Positions 46,301 through 54,533 of a stretch of 64,000 nt of DNA are shown piece after piece. Below the pieces are notes generated by a model that saw nothing but the letters and a program-made list of their open reading frames with translations, made no database searches and was not told where the DNA came from. Position 1 is the first letter of the stretch. Every line of letters starts with the position of its first letter. The translations under genes and the position numbers were made by a program. The DNA comes from a phage, in the sequence record PZ171035.1, one strand, 5' to 3'.

Positions 46301-47730
46301 TTAGTAAGAGGGGATGCAGCTTTTGCTAATGTTTTGCCAACCAGAGAAGCACCAGCCATGGTAGTACGAAGAGCAGGGCCAGCAGAAGCACCAACTGCTT
46401 TAACAGTTGTACCAGGAGCTTGAGCAACCCCAGCACTACCGAATCCATAAAGTGCACCCAGACCTGCTTGCTCACCAACCCCTTTGAGGGTGTCACGGGA
46501 TGCATCAACGTTTTCTTTGATTGCAGTATTCTGTGCGAACTGACCAAAGCCGGATTGAATACCTTCTTCGACTGTTTCACGTAGCATATTAGAACCAGCA
46601 CCTGCCAGTGAACCTACCTTAAGTGGGTTAAGTTCAAAGCGAGATACCAGTGGACCGGTAGCAGCAGCAACTGGAGCAGTTAAGCCAGCAGCAATGATAC
46701 CTGTTTCAGATGCAGTCTGACGACGTGCTTCATCAGGAGATAAACCATCAGCAATATGTTGTTGGTAAACAGGAGACTTACTTGCCAATTCTTGATGGGA
46801 CATCTTCATGATTTCAGAAGCAGTCTGTTGGTATGCACCACCAGCTTCCATACCACCGATTGCAATAGCAGGTGCAGCAACACGACCGGCAGACAATGCA
46901 ACCTGTGCAGGACGTGAACCTAACCCAGCAGCTAAGGTAATACCCTTAACAGCTTTATCACCACCTACCATTACTTTACCAAGTGCAGATACACCACGAA
47001 TAAGAGGACCACCAGTAAAGAGAGAACCAACACCTTCACTCAGTCCGTCAGAGGCAGCCATACCATTATCAAGTGTGTTAGCAACAGAATCGAAAGCGTC
47101 ACGACCAATACGAGACAGGGAGGCAACCAAATCGCTGTCCCCATTTTTGATATCTTGTTCATAAAGTTTCTGGTTCTTTTGAGCAGAAATCTGGTTCTGA
47201 TTCTGAACAACTTTACGGGTAGCATTCAGTGCATCAGACTGTAGATTGTGTACACCTTCATTCAACCAATCCATCCCGGAAGCAATGGATGCCCCGGCAT
47301 TATCATTGACCAGACCTGTGCCAAGAGCAGCAATGCCCCCAAGGGTATTAGCAACACCAAGACCAACACCAGAAAGAGTATCGCCAAATGCTTCTGCGTT
47401 AGTACGCTGTTTAGATAAGTCCTGACGTACAACATCAGCAGCATTAGCTCGGCTATTAATAATCTGTAGACCTTGTTCATTACCGTACTTATTAATGATT
47501 TCTAAAGGGGAGGCTTGAGTGAAATCTGCCTGAAGTGAACCTGGTTCGAATGCACCGATTCCAAGATTACCTACTCGTCCGGTCTGGAGATTGTAAGCAT
47601 TCTCTGGGGTTAATTGGAAAGGGCTTTGCCCTTGTGCAGCTTGCTTCTGAGAGGTTGCAGTAGAGACATCGACTTGCTTAGCATTAGTGATGCTGTCTGC
47701 GAAACCTGCCAGACGGTCAAATGTTGACAT
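37378..47730 (-). CDS. virion-encapsidated giant RNA polymerase (vRNAP, N4 gp50-like)
   Basis: Single uninterrupted 3450-aa ORF; only N4-like phages are known to encode a virion RNAP of this size; ORF track start at 47748 is TTG, first ATG at 47730 has AGGAAA RBS. Confidence 0.85.
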   Translation of the reverse strand: MSTFDRLAGFADSITNAKQVDVSTATSQKQAAQGQSPFQLTPENAYNLQTGRVGNLGIGAFEPGSLQADFTQASPLEIINKYGNEQGLQIINSRANAADVVRQDLSKQRTNAEAFGDTLSGVGLGVANTLGGIAALGTGLVNDNAGASIASGMDWLNEGVHNLQSDALNATRKVVQNQNQISAQKNQKLYEQDIKNGDSDLVASLSRIGRDAFDSVANTLDNGMAASDGLSEGVGSLFTGGPLIRGVSALGKVMVGGDKAVKGITLAAGLGSRPAQVALSAGRVAAPAIAIGGMEAGGAYQQTASEIMKMSHQELASKSPVYQQHIADGLSPDEARRQTASETGIIAAGLTAPVAAATGPLVSRFELNPLKVGSLAGAGSNMLRETVEEGIQSGFGQFAQNTAIKENVDASRDTLKGVGEQAGLGALYGFGSAGVAQAPGTTVKAVGASAGPALRTTMAGASLVGKTLAKAASPLTNILIQRGEEVAKRNEQASPVADATVNAAAQEAAAQAEQAQATVQEAVDAMDITPEEKAAATQYAADLTQAMKFDPVELEQANPAIREAVSGSTNRVEAIQKMADLVNTAEDPNVQMEAAIQMYDNIMSMDSFINRDPGALANLEQGSPAAAIVDQFSGLMANVQNTPKVLRAFRAIHSMIQEQAEAGKLKATEEANQAQANNIAMAADVSPEVLDADSVNMVLKHASEGKITLGNRQRAALQSAAALLQGAREFDAKAEELGLRPQDIVSKQIKTDESRSNEGQYSALQHAKRIRSAYNSGNFDLASAYLSDFMKFAQHMQNKVGALNEHLISGNADKNKSVHYQALSPSREWVRSRTGLGVNPYDTKSVKFAQQVGLEAKTVADIANALATAYPELNVSHVKVTSLDSRLNKPAAQVVKEFRQGGLDATQSQQTNEPVNQVDESPAPVQEDTTTVQPKAKPVVENKTAPTKETSPKTEEVSTTKPETVDAILKNEDTIQEVAETKTEMETVFPVYNNEKTPNQFLKAFTLPEEPKSRTIGSESPLTDIKQALSSAARFEAFTQKENNALTSDVIKRYQDLMDFGETLKTTLSERLAKFLANKNVGKRFAEGTEANRWVGGKLLNIVEQDGDTFKFNDQLLETAVLAGLQWRLTTTQNAAIKDMKDVAAITGVEASLLPEGILAEFENAQTLVEATNSLAQKIESYWGLNRNPNAPLGYTKGIPMAMATEILSSLIEMGEVKESMLDVSEIDPDSNKTVGLYTIEKLDDNDAINKFPTAIEEAVLLEPEEKMYFGDDIPSVAQTQLRNPAVKNTPEQKAALKAEQATEFRVHMPMVNFYEALGRDNILELMGAGTLNPELLNANTAKSLEGKNLSVSMAYDSLFGVINQIREQENGLDTPIHYGYNMTRVGRMQMLGKNNPQSSKLVREAILPTFSTIDLSNENSQAFSDFQLGLAQALGIKVHKMSREVMSEELTKALEGKLKPAVDMMVEFDKSGHLPTDAVDILKTSLGSDKSFVALMALMEYARYLNSDDRANFTTPLYVEADGVTNGPINAMVLMTGGKFTPDWIKNTAKGGLFFGRAGKTMNEHCSIDDNVDLYEASTNGLQQALNELRTTYRNNVPVMSQMNHLQKLMDLFIKDFNLNEDGTLDLKRGIAKNPLTITIYGSGARGIAGKMVSAITDTIYERFSDVLQARAADPSISPAMAMFGKEAASEADAQAMLDTFLTSMEALTGNVPVMRKGELSIQQVDGALTGKLDPQKFTVSGNALKNLQENMLHLFVEPMRTGIRNTVGEGLMHSTENLQKATQIQSLVLQDMFQQAVQAKLAEKEKDPTWKKGDFLTQKELNEIQESLSSLAPMIETGSQTFYIAGSENTDVANQVLATNLDDRMRVPMSIYAPSQAGVAGIPFMTIGTGDGMMMQTLSTMKGAPKNTLKIFDGMNIGINDITDASRKANEAVYTSWQGNPIKNVYDSYAKFMKNVDFSKLSDETKQAIAKSALEYDQREGATDDLLRVGAEQIERNLRNIALGVDIRHKVMDQVQVTVDQMAAVGAPYVNNGKISLEGLTVDQQVAKLNELFDAELNKRREAVRATKAEPVEEVPAMEQVGRVLKSGVRLLSNTAITKLAKEMSPEQQEVLKEIQKSLAAKDYKVVYGTPAQLDAYAIEKNITRPAPEDIEAAEAGNAYGWTNFEDKTIYLVTPSLETLVHELVHASTFESVLAHYEGTPNEAVQNIEDLMNQFRALDVRDESPAVREAYADALNTINGHLSNGFIEPAMAKAAALNEYMAWGLTNRELISKQKKTTALKTMVQAVYEAIKRLVFGRKKAPANAEDMFSGLLFNSAVVMRGQAPTAAVAKDTTLFHNKAYGENTRLEELGKTFDKLITNYIGSEPVQQVIRKGKFSDAVVNATKVTRDVQAHGFTMNMQEQRLFTNIVAALATEAAVNPAAMARAQEYYTHVTKNLTVEAFMADPDSTNPADRYYAQQKFDTIMGANNIEFDAQGRSSLLPTFVGLAMVSEEVRKVLADIPVMKADKKSGNTVDAMLTNIGTAAMASLNARVAGDTKATNVQEGMDALAQTIMQTSLNAESFYDSVATPTGNAIDRANQYLVDSIDVLSTRALEGAREVAANTNNPLVKGAAHAAQLVAAIATEKNGAIVAEGVMAAMNQGKVWQPFHDLVNDLTGRTKSNASVYDLIKAVRAQVQADRQQFREHLPTTIASKFSRKLTNDEWKVMHTGMGKTDLAVLRDTMSLAEIRDLLTDQKIVDREVNKLEADLQKQAGRNWPLINRKSKQLAQYMINGTVGKNLLRNATAISRMLGERQAARSTVDVAQLDKLITLYALEAMNKSDREMLSSLAQTEVDGMDFATSYLVGQRKDEMAKAKSDMRATLNQYKGHIPSETKQGVNLIVAEDSQFGDLIEKSYVRLGTYQGSSANRGPARSYYFAPVQAQAPFSQGILQNVRNTAGGVDLGTGFTMGTMVAGRITDKPSVDRITKALARGERGNEPLLPVYDANGNVVAYEQSIDPNMLKHIEGENHLARAIGVWRGRQVEEAKAQRFNDMLIENLHSMYENDIKMSASNKSQYVNLLGSKLDPVTADALKLMNSETRQKAESLFGPGELWVRRDMLNDALGYRAASVGDAWSGNSRWSPETLDTFKKAMLGVFGNRAYKYVMGGENLVQNLVKEAKTLIVVKSVVVPAVNFLANLYQMVARGVPVKNIAKSIPQKTAEINQYLKSRLRQVDAEAELRAATNPNQIRKLKAEIQSITDSHKRLSIWPLLEAGEFSSIADAGIGRDDILITEGKLHEYMDKLADKLPKSVRNAGRYALITKDTALFQSIQKTVEYSDFIAKAIIYDELTQRKGKTREEALGRVTEEFINYDRLPGRFRGYMESVGLMWFYNFKIRSAKVAVSMIRNNPVHAAMAMLAPTPTMFGNVGLPIQDNIFSIAAQGNLGYSFGFGQGLRAHTLNPWLNLTN

Positions 47731-47795
47731 AGCATGTTTCCTGTTCAAACTTATATCGTATATAGGTAACTTACTCTACAGTAAGCCAGTTAAAG

Positions 47796-47820
47796 AAAAA
47801 AGCCCCGTAGGGCTTTTATT
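47796..47820 (-). terminator. terminator/attenuator hairpin between virion gene and vRNAP gene
   Basis: Minus-strand reading AAGCCC-TACG-GGGCTT followed by TTTTTCTTT. Confidence 0.5.
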
Positions 47821-47824
47821 AGTA

Positions 47825-49789
47825 TTACCGATTTTGTCTTGGTTGCATATACTCAGGCAGTCCTTGTGCCTGACGTAAGTACCGTGCAGCACGTTCTTCA
47901 TCTTCCTTGGCTCGTGCCCTGTCCACACTAGCCTGTGACTGAAAACCTCTTGGAGCCAGGTTAGCTGGGTCAGCTTGTACTTGTGCCTGTGCAGCTTGGA
48001 GCATTGCAGCAGCTTTAGTAACAGCCTCCTGTCGTGCAGGTAACAGTGCAGTAAGACCACTTTGTCCGGTGTTAATCTTATTCTGGGTATTTGCCAGTGC
48101 AGCTACAGCAGCATCATATGCAGTCTGTGCTGCCTGAATGTTCTGCATAGCCTGAGCACGACCTAGGTTACGAACACTACCTTCTAATGGTTCACCTCGT
48201 TTTACACCCTCAATTAACTGTTCTACCTGACGGTCATTAAGACGCATACCATTACCGGCTTCATTGGTAATGAATGGGTTAACTGCATCAATAGCACGAC
48301 TAATATAACCTTCCGGTACACCAGTCTGTGCACGTTGCATAACAGCAGCAGCCATAGCTGGTGACATATTCCCACGTTGGGAAATATCATTCAGTCGGTT
48401 CAGTACCCAGTTACGGTCAGCACCTTTAAAGTCACCCTCCAACAGACGGTTAGCAATCTCACCTACTGGGGTATTATCGGTGACAGTACCAAGGAAGTCA
48501 GTGTTAAGACTACCGGTGTTATCCTGCATAGAGCGAGTACCAATCATACCTTGAGCCAGAGTAGATACTGCCTGATTGCCCTGATTATTCTGAACCATAG
48601 CGAGAGGGTCAGCCCCCACTTCTGCTTGAGCAATAACAGGTTTAATCTGTTCCCAAGTCATATCCTTATAAGCACCTGGAGCAGAGTTAGGGAGTGCAGC
48701 CCAAGTATCTTTAAGGTTACCGTTCTTACGGGCCTCGAAGATAGCCTTACCAATCTTATCCTGGTTCTCAGGAGAAAGAGGCTGGCTTTGCCAATCTGAA
48801 CCAAGAACTTTAGGAGCGAAGTCTTTCAGAGTAGCTTGGTTAATCTGGAATGCACCAACAGGTGAAGCACCTTGGTTCTTCTTCATACCATCCTGGTGTT
48901 TAATTACATCACCAATACTCATTTGAGTAATAGGAGTAGATGTACTGGCAAACTGGTAAGTAACATCATAAGGAGAACCCTGACGAGTACCAGCAGTACC
49001 TGGAGCAGATGTAGCACCAACATTATTACCGTAAACACCCGGGTATGCTCGTGCAAGCATTTCCTGCAAACGTGCCTGTGCAACCGGGGACAGGTTCTTA
49101 CTATATGCTTCTGCCAACAGACGGGCATCATTAGGGTTCTCAGCACCACGAGTAATCTGTGACATTACACCCATAGCTGCCTGACTATCAGCATCATTAC
49201 GTTGGGCAACACCTAAATCAAAACGGTTCTGTGCCTGATTAATAGCCTGACCACCCTGACCTTGAAGACGACCCAACATGTCCAATTGTTGGTCAGCAGG
49301 GAGTGCAGACAGTGCATCACGGGTCTGACTTAATGCAGCATTAATACGGTTCTGGTCGCCGGACTGATAAGCCTCAGACAGCAAACGAATAGCTGGGGAA
49401 GCATTATCTAATGCAGTGTTAGTATCCTGTAAACGACCAAAGCGATATGCATTGTAGTCATTGGTTCCCTGCTGACCTTGTTGGGTCAGTAATGTACCTG
49501 CTCGCTCATCCAGATTCTGGAGAGTACGTTGGTTTACCAATGAGGGGTCAACCCCCTGAAACAGTGCACCGGATGCTAAAGCATTACGGTACTCATTCGG
49601 GTCTTGATACTGCATAGCATTCATCATGACGGCATTGCCAGCCTCCTGCTTGGCAGCGTTCTGGAAATTACCCAGTGCATCACTTAAGCCGGAGGTGGCG
49701 TTACCAATCATGCTGCCAAATGTGCGAATGCTGTCACCAACTCCAGAGAAGTTAGGTGCATCAACATTTCTCCACGTTATCTGAGCCAT
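47825..49789 (-). CDS. virion structural protein (N4 gp51/52-like), possible lysozyme-like segment
   Basis: 654-aa Gln/Ala-rich ORF immediately upstream of vRNAP in the late operon; segment GAFQINQATLKDF weakly reminiscent of lytic transglycosylase motifs. Confidence 0.45.
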   Translation of the reverse strand: MAQITWRNVDAPNFSGVGDSIRTFGSMIGNATSGLSDALGNFQNAAKQEAGNAVMMNAMQYQDPNEYRNALASGALFQGVDPSLVNQRTLQNLDERAGTLLTQQGQQGTNDYNAYRFGRLQDTNTALDNASPAIRLLSEAYQSGDQNRINAALSQTRDALSALPADQQLDMLGRLQGQGGQAINQAQNRFDLGVAQRNDADSQAAMGVMSQITRGAENPNDARLLAEAYSKNLSPVAQARLQEMLARAYPGVYGNNVGATSAPGTAGTRQGSPYDVTYQFASTSTPITQMSIGDVIKHQDGMKKNQGASPVGAFQINQATLKDFAPKVLGSDWQSQPLSPENQDKIGKAIFEARKNGNLKDTWAALPNSAPGAYKDMTWEQIKPVIAQAEVGADPLAMVQNNQGNQAVSTLAQGMIGTRSMQDNTGSLNTDFLGTVTDNTPVGEIANRLLEGDFKGADRNWVLNRLNDISQRGNMSPAMAAAVMQRAQTGVPEGYISRAIDAVNPFITNEAGNGMRLNDRQVEQLIEGVKRGEPLEGSVRNLGRAQAMQNIQAAQTAYDAAVAALANTQNKINTGQSGLTALLPARQEAVTKAAAMLQAAQAQVQADPANLAPRGFQSQASVDRARAKEDEERAARYLRQAQGLPEYMQPRQNR

Positions 49790-49801
49790 GATGGTTTCCT
49801 A

Positions 49802-50266
49802 TTAACGAGTTAGTTTATTAGCAGCAATGTAAGCATCAGCCGAAGACTGGTCACGGTTCTCTGCTGTAGCACGGCTACGAGCACGGTCTTCCAGTGCAGT
49901 GTTATAAGACTTAATCTGGTTATTCAGGTTAGTGTTAGTAACACTCTTAGTAAAGTTCAACTGGTCTTTGGCTAACTTGTTAGCCTGGAAACCACTATAG
50001 ATACCAGCTAAGGAACCAAGTGCACCAAGTCCTAGTTGAAAGGTGGGTACGTTCATACCCAACTGATTAGCTGAACCAGATAAGAAGGAAGTTGGGGAAG
50101 CCACTCCTGTACCTGCATTCATACCAATAGCTGCACCAGGGGTATAGTTCATAGCTGGGGTATTAAAGTTCTGATTGTTATTAGACATCCAAGACATAGC
50201 AGCTGGCTGTGGGGTTTGGTTGCCTGTTAAGAATGACAAATCCATGAGGATTCTCCTGTTAAACAA
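49802..50266 (-). CDS. virion protein (hypothetical)
   Basis: 154-aa ORF in late operon, overlapping stop/start with upstream gene. Confidence 0.4.
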   Translation of the reverse strand: MFNRRILMDLSFLTGNQTPQPAAMSWMSNNNQNFNTPAMNYTPGAAIGMNAGTGVASPTSFLSGSANQLGMNVPTFQLGLGALGSLAGIYSGFQANKLAKDQLNFTKSVTNTNLNNQIKSYNTALEDRARSRATAENRDQSSADAYIAANKLTR

Positions 50267-52913
50267 GGTCTGTATTAAGAGTCATATCAGAGTAGCTTCC
50301 AATCATGTTTAAAGACATGTCAGCTATATCTGAACCAGTCATGAGAGTACGTGAGAGGAAAGAATCCATCGACTCCATTGACACAAATTGCATAGGGTCA
50401 ATTACACCCTGCCCAGCAGTACCAAACATTTCTTCATACTGCTTATTGATTGCCATCATATCAGTATTGTACTGCTGCATTACATTCTCTGCTTTCTGAA
50501 TAGTAGCAGCCGTAGATGCATTAATATACTGACTAATACCATTACCCACTGAACTGGTAAGTTGCATTATGTTCTGAGCATTCATCATTTCACTGGCTAA
50601 GGTAGATAAAGATGTACCAGTAGATAAAGCAGTACCAACATTCATAGCTACCATTGAAGCAACAGCAGCAATGATAAAACCTAGCTTATCACCAAACAGT
50701 GAAGTAGATACTTTAGTGACAATAGATATCATAATCATTGCAGCAATGGCGTTTGCTACAGCACCCACTATTACAGCAGCTAATCCAACAAAACCAAGTG
50801 ATGCGCCAACTGCACTGTAAGCCCCAAGAATACCTGCACCACCAGCACCCATAGTGAATACAGATACAACGACAGCAACTACAACGACCACTATCTTAAA
50901 GACAGAAGTTTGATACCACTTCTTCTTAACCTTCTTATACGAGTTCATTACTAAGTAGGAACAGGCAGTAGACAGTTGAGTACTACGAGTCAGTGACATT
51001 GAACGGTAGATGTTAGTGTGTAGTGGAATAATGAATCCACTCTCTTCTGCATCACCCATTGCTTCAGCAACATCAATGTTCACTGATTTATTTTTATATA
51101 CTCTATTGTTGTGGTTTAGGCCCAATACCCTAAGTTTACGATAAGTGTTATTACCATCCTGCCAAAGCAACTCATACTCCTGCATGGAATAAAACGTAGT
51201 GGTAACTTCCAGTTTCTTAGTAGAACCAGAGTTACTGGCAGTACGTATGTTCTTACGGGTAAGAGTTATATCCCCTGCATATCTGGCTCGAAGTTGTCCT
51301 TGTTTAGCACCAGTCCATGCTTCACCTGAATGGGTAGTTTCAGACACATAGTTCCAACCAATAGTCATGTCATACTTATATTGCTTATTACTATGTACCC
51401 TAAACTCTCGCTTAGGTATGACAGGGTATTCTGGCAAGGGTGGAGGTGTTCCAACAGTTTGTCCTTCATACCTGTTCCACCATTCCACATATGCATCAAC
51501 TGCATCATTTGCTGCCTGATAACCTGCAATCACTGCTTCCAGTGTAGGGTAGGTTGGATCAGGTGGGAATGCTTCAGTAGCCATCTGAAAGAAACGGTAG
51601 ATGTATTCCTTAGCAGTATCTTCTGGAGTATTAAGAGATACACCGAATGTGCCATAGATGTATTGAATATCACCTATGTCGTCATTCTTCTTAAGCTCAG
51701 TCACTACTTTATCAAGCTTACCACCAGTAGCTTTATAGAGTGCCTTCTTACAGTGAGGGTAGATTGGGTCATTCTCTACCCATTGTTTATCATTCCTGAT
51801 TGGAATGAATGGATAGAATCGGTTATCGGTAGCTTCAGTCTCAAACAGTGAATCAAGTACAACGTTACCTGAGTTATGCTTATAGATAAGCATCTTAGGT
51901 GTACCAACAGCAGTCATCTCAGTATCAGTGCGAGTAGTCTGGGATGAGTACTTACGAACCAGTGTCTCTGTAGTTGTAGTGATTGTATCTGTGCGAGTAA
52001 CACCACCACCTAAATCAACAACATTGGTAGTTACAGTAGTACTGGATTGAACCTCACCAAACTTTGTATGAGTCATTACCCTATCAGATACAACCACAGT
52101 TACATCATCAGGTTTCTCAGTAAATCCTCTACGGTAAACCTTAACGTAAGAGTTCCAGTTATCCACACTTGGTTCAGTAACAGTACTGTCTTCATCCGGC
52201 CTACCATCAGAGTAAACAGAATGAGTCTGTATAGTCTTAGTAAGATTGGTTGTATTAGCTGTCGTATCACTTGAGATGGTAGTCCATAGCAGGGTAGATG
52301 GTAAGTCATCCTCGTCATCGTAGACAGTAGTCGGCCCTACTACAGGTGGATTAGTAGTAGGGGACTTATAGAATGTGTAATCAGCATAGAGATACAAAGC
52401 ACCTGGTTCAAAGTTAGTAGGTGTGAATGTAATAGTAGAACCTCCATCCAGGGAGGTCATAGTAATTTCATTGGTATCTTCATCAATGTCTACGTCGAAT
52501 CGTTCCATGATTCGACTTGGGGCATTCTCATAAAGATACTGGTCACACCATTGCTCAAAATCAGCAAAGCCAATCTCTGCTGCCTGAACATAGACTGATT
52601 CTCCAGCAGGTGGGATAATTTGACCCTCTATAACAGTAGGGTCAATCTTAGCCAGTACACCTAATGAAGAACCTGCCATACCAACTTCTGAATCATAGTG
52701 ATTCTTACTCCAGCTAGAGAACAGTCGCATACGAATACCCGGTCCGTTCAGATAACTATCAGAGATAGTGTCTGCCATAGTGAAGCCTGTATCAGCAACA
52801 ATCTTACCGATGACTACAGTCTTCATATAGTTTGGACGTTTGTGTATATCCCCTGCCATGTTATAGACAGAAGATGCTACGTATACTTTGGTCTTCCCAC
52901 TGAATAAGCCCAT
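50259..52913 (-). CDS. large virion protein with hydrophobic C-terminal segments (ejection/internal protein candidate)
   Basis: 884 aa; long hydrophobic stretches VVVVVAVVVSVFTMGAGGAGILGAY...; late-operon position. Confidence 0.45.
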   Translation of the reverse strand: MGLFSGKTKVYVASSVYNMAGDIHKRPNYMKTVVIGKIVADTGFTMADTISDSYLNGPGIRMRLFSSWSKNHYDSEVGMAGSSLGVLAKIDPTVIEGQIIPPAGESVYVQAAEIGFADFEQWCDQYLYENAPSRIMERFDVDIDEDTNEITMTSLDGGSTITFTPTNFEPGALYLYADYTFYKSPTTNPPVVGPTTVYDDEDDLPSTLLWTTISSDTTANTTNLTKTIQTHSVYSDGRPDEDSTVTEPSVDNWNSYVKVYRRGFTEKPDDVTVVVSDRVMTHTKFGEVQSSTTVTTNVVDLGGGVTRTDTITTTTETLVRKYSSQTTRTDTEMTAVGTPKMLIYKHNSGNVVLDSLFETEATDNRFYPFIPIRNDKQWVENDPIYPHCKKALYKATGGKLDKVVTELKKNDDIGDIQYIYGTFGVSLNTPEDTAKEYIYRFFQMATEAFPPDPTYPTLEAVIAGYQAANDAVDAYVEWWNRYEGQTVGTPPPLPEYPVIPKREFRVHSNKQYKYDMTIGWNYVSETTHSGEAWTGAKQGQLRARYAGDITLTRKNIRTASNSGSTKKLEVTTTFYSMQEYELLWQDGNNTYRKLRVLGLNHNNRVYKNKSVNIDVAEAMGDAEESGFIIPLHTNIYRSMSLTRSTQLSTACSYLVMNSYKKVKKKWYQTSVFKIVVVVVAVVVSVFTMGAGGAGILGAYSAVGASLGFVGLAAVIVGAVANAIAAMIMISIVTKVSTSLFGDKLGFIIAAVASMVAMNVGTALSTGTSLSTLASEMMNAQNIMQLTSSVGNGISQYINASTAATIQKAENVMQQYNTDMMAINKQYEEMFGTAGQGVIDPMQFVSMESMDSFLSRTLMTGSDIADMSLNMIGSYSDMTLNTDLV

Positions 52914-52914
52914 A

Positions 52915-53757
52915 TTAGTTCAGCCCGTTGTTAGTCTTCAGCTTGGTCAGAATGGTATCAATACTTGCATTAGTAAAACCATTAGGTGGGTTCAAGCCTT
53001 CATCAATAGTTTTCTGTGTAATCCATGCATCAGTGAACAGCTTAGCTGCTTTAACCTCTGCATCACGCTGGTAAGAAGTAATCTGTTGGGAATACAATTC
53101 TTTCTGCTTACCAATAGATCCAAGAATAGGTAATGCATCAGAACGGGTTTCTTGGGTCTGTGCACGTTGTACTTCATATTGTTCCTGTATCAAACGTTCT
53201 TGTGCAGGAAGAATTTTTTCTGAAGTATATAGTGCAGCACAGTATGTTTCAGACTCAGTAGCAATCTTCATCTTAGTGAGAGCATATTCACTCTTAGCAG
53301 CCAGTGCCTGAATCTTAGCCAGTACAAACTGTGCCTTAGAGGTTGCCAGTTGAACACGTGCAGTAACTGCCTGAATCTGTGCCATAGCAGCAGCCCAGTA
53401 TGCTTGGTCACGACCAAGTAAGAACTGAACAGCATTACTCATGCACGATTCCATCATAGCAATGTATGCTTTGGTGTATTCACCACCGGTAATACGGTTA
53501 GCTTTAAACTCAGCTTTAAGGTGATTGTGTGCAGATTCCATTAATGCATCAAACGTACCACTACCACCTACTTCACGCGTAGTAAGTGATTCATTTGTTA
53601 CTTTAGTAATAGCATCAAAGATTAGGGAATTATCACCACCAGGGATATCCCATTCAGGGCCAGACATATCAATGTCAGGAAGGGTAAAGTCATCACCCTT
53701 AGTTAACTCTTCTAGGAGTCGGTTAGCTTCTACCTCAGCAGAACAAGACATAATCAT
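52915..53757 (-). CDS. virion protein (hypothetical)
   Basis: 280-aa ORF in late operon. Confidence 0.4.
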   Translation of the reverse strand: MIMSCSAEVEANRLLEELTKGDDFTLPDIDMSGPEWDIPGGDNSLIFDAITKVTNESLTTREVGGSGTFDALMESAHNHLKAEFKANRITGGEYTKAYIAMMESCMSNAVQFLLGRDQAYWAAAMAQIQAVTARVQLATSKAQFVLAKIQALAAKSEYALTKMKIATESETYCAALYTSEKILPAQERLIQEQYEVQRAQTQETRSDALPILGSIGKQKELYSQQITSYQRDAEVKAAKLFTDAWITQKTIDEGLNPPNGFTNASIDTILTKLKTNNGLN

Positions 53758-53827
53758 TCCTCTTGGTTCAAAAAGAAACGGCCCACGGAGTTACCCCAGT
53801 GAGCCGTGTTGAACTGTAGCTTATACG

Positions 53828-54466
53828 TTAATCGTTAAGGCTACCAGCAGCAATCTGTGCTTGAGCCAGTTGAGCCAATTCAGCTTCCGTCAACGGAGGC
53901 AGTACTTCAATGGAGAACTCACGTGCTTCTGTTGCACGGATGTCTGGTAAGCCATTCTTACCTTTACGAGTCGTAATGTTGATGAACTTACGCTCTTTAA
54001 GAAACTCATAGATACAATACGGAATATGATAACCATTGTCGGTTACTTCACCGAACGGAACAAACTTACGTACAGTACCCATATATTCGTTAGCTACGGT
54101 GATAATCTCACCCGGCAGGTCTTTCTTCTTAGGGTCAAGGTTCTGGATACGTACACGAATCAGTCGAGTCTGTTCTGCACGAATCTTCTGACCCAGGGTC
54201 ATCTTCTTAACACCAGCTTCTTGTTTTTCACCAAGCGGGTTAACAGTAGCTTCTACTACTGGTTCATCTTTTACTTGTGCAGCTTCAATCTTCTCACGAA
54301 GCTTCTCAACGGAAATGTTGTTAGAGAACTTGATATTCATCAACGTTGCACGTTGCTTAAGAACTTCAAGTTCGCTAGGCATTGCAATATCGTTAACGGT
54401 ATCTTCGTTGCCCTGTACGTTCACTTCTACGTCAGTGGTCGGTTTATCGTTAATGCTCATGTTCAT
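53828..54466 (-). CDS. hypothetical structural protein downstream of the capsid gene
   Basis: 212-aa ORF downstream (in transcription direction) of the major capsid gene. Confidence 0.4.
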   Translation of the reverse strand: MNMSINDKPTTDVEVNVQGNEDTVNDIAMPSELEVLKQRATLMNIKFSNNISVEKLREKIEAAQVKDEPVVEATVNPLGEKQEAGVKKMTLGQKIRAEQTRLIRVRIQNLDPKKKDLPGEIITVANEYMGTVRKFVPFGEVTDNGYHIPYCIYEFLKERKFINITTRKGKNGLPDIRATEAREFSIEVLPPLTEAELAQLAQAQIAAGSLND

Positions 54467-54495
54467 ATTTCCTGTGGTTCATTTAGTTTTATTAA

Positions 54496-54522
54496 GAGGG
54501 GGACATAAGTCCCCCTTGTTTT
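54496..54522 (-). promoter_or_regulatory. stable GC hairpin directly downstream of the major capsid gene (transcript-stabilising/attenuator candidate)
   Basis: GAGGGGGAC-ATAA-GTCCCCCT; T-run is on the plus-strand side only, so not a classical minus-strand intrinsic terminator. Confidence 0.35.
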
Positions 54523-54533
54523 ATTTCGGACTA

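Noticed and set aside
37426-47164. Numerous plus-strand ORFs of 60-140 aa (e.g. 37426-37737, 40300-40635, 42556-42903, 45100-45516, 46808-47164) antisense to the virion RNA polymerase gene
   Set aside because: They lie entirely within the 10.3 kb minus-strand vRNAP ORF, have no RBS and low-complexity or stop-poor antisense composition; treated as frame shadows.
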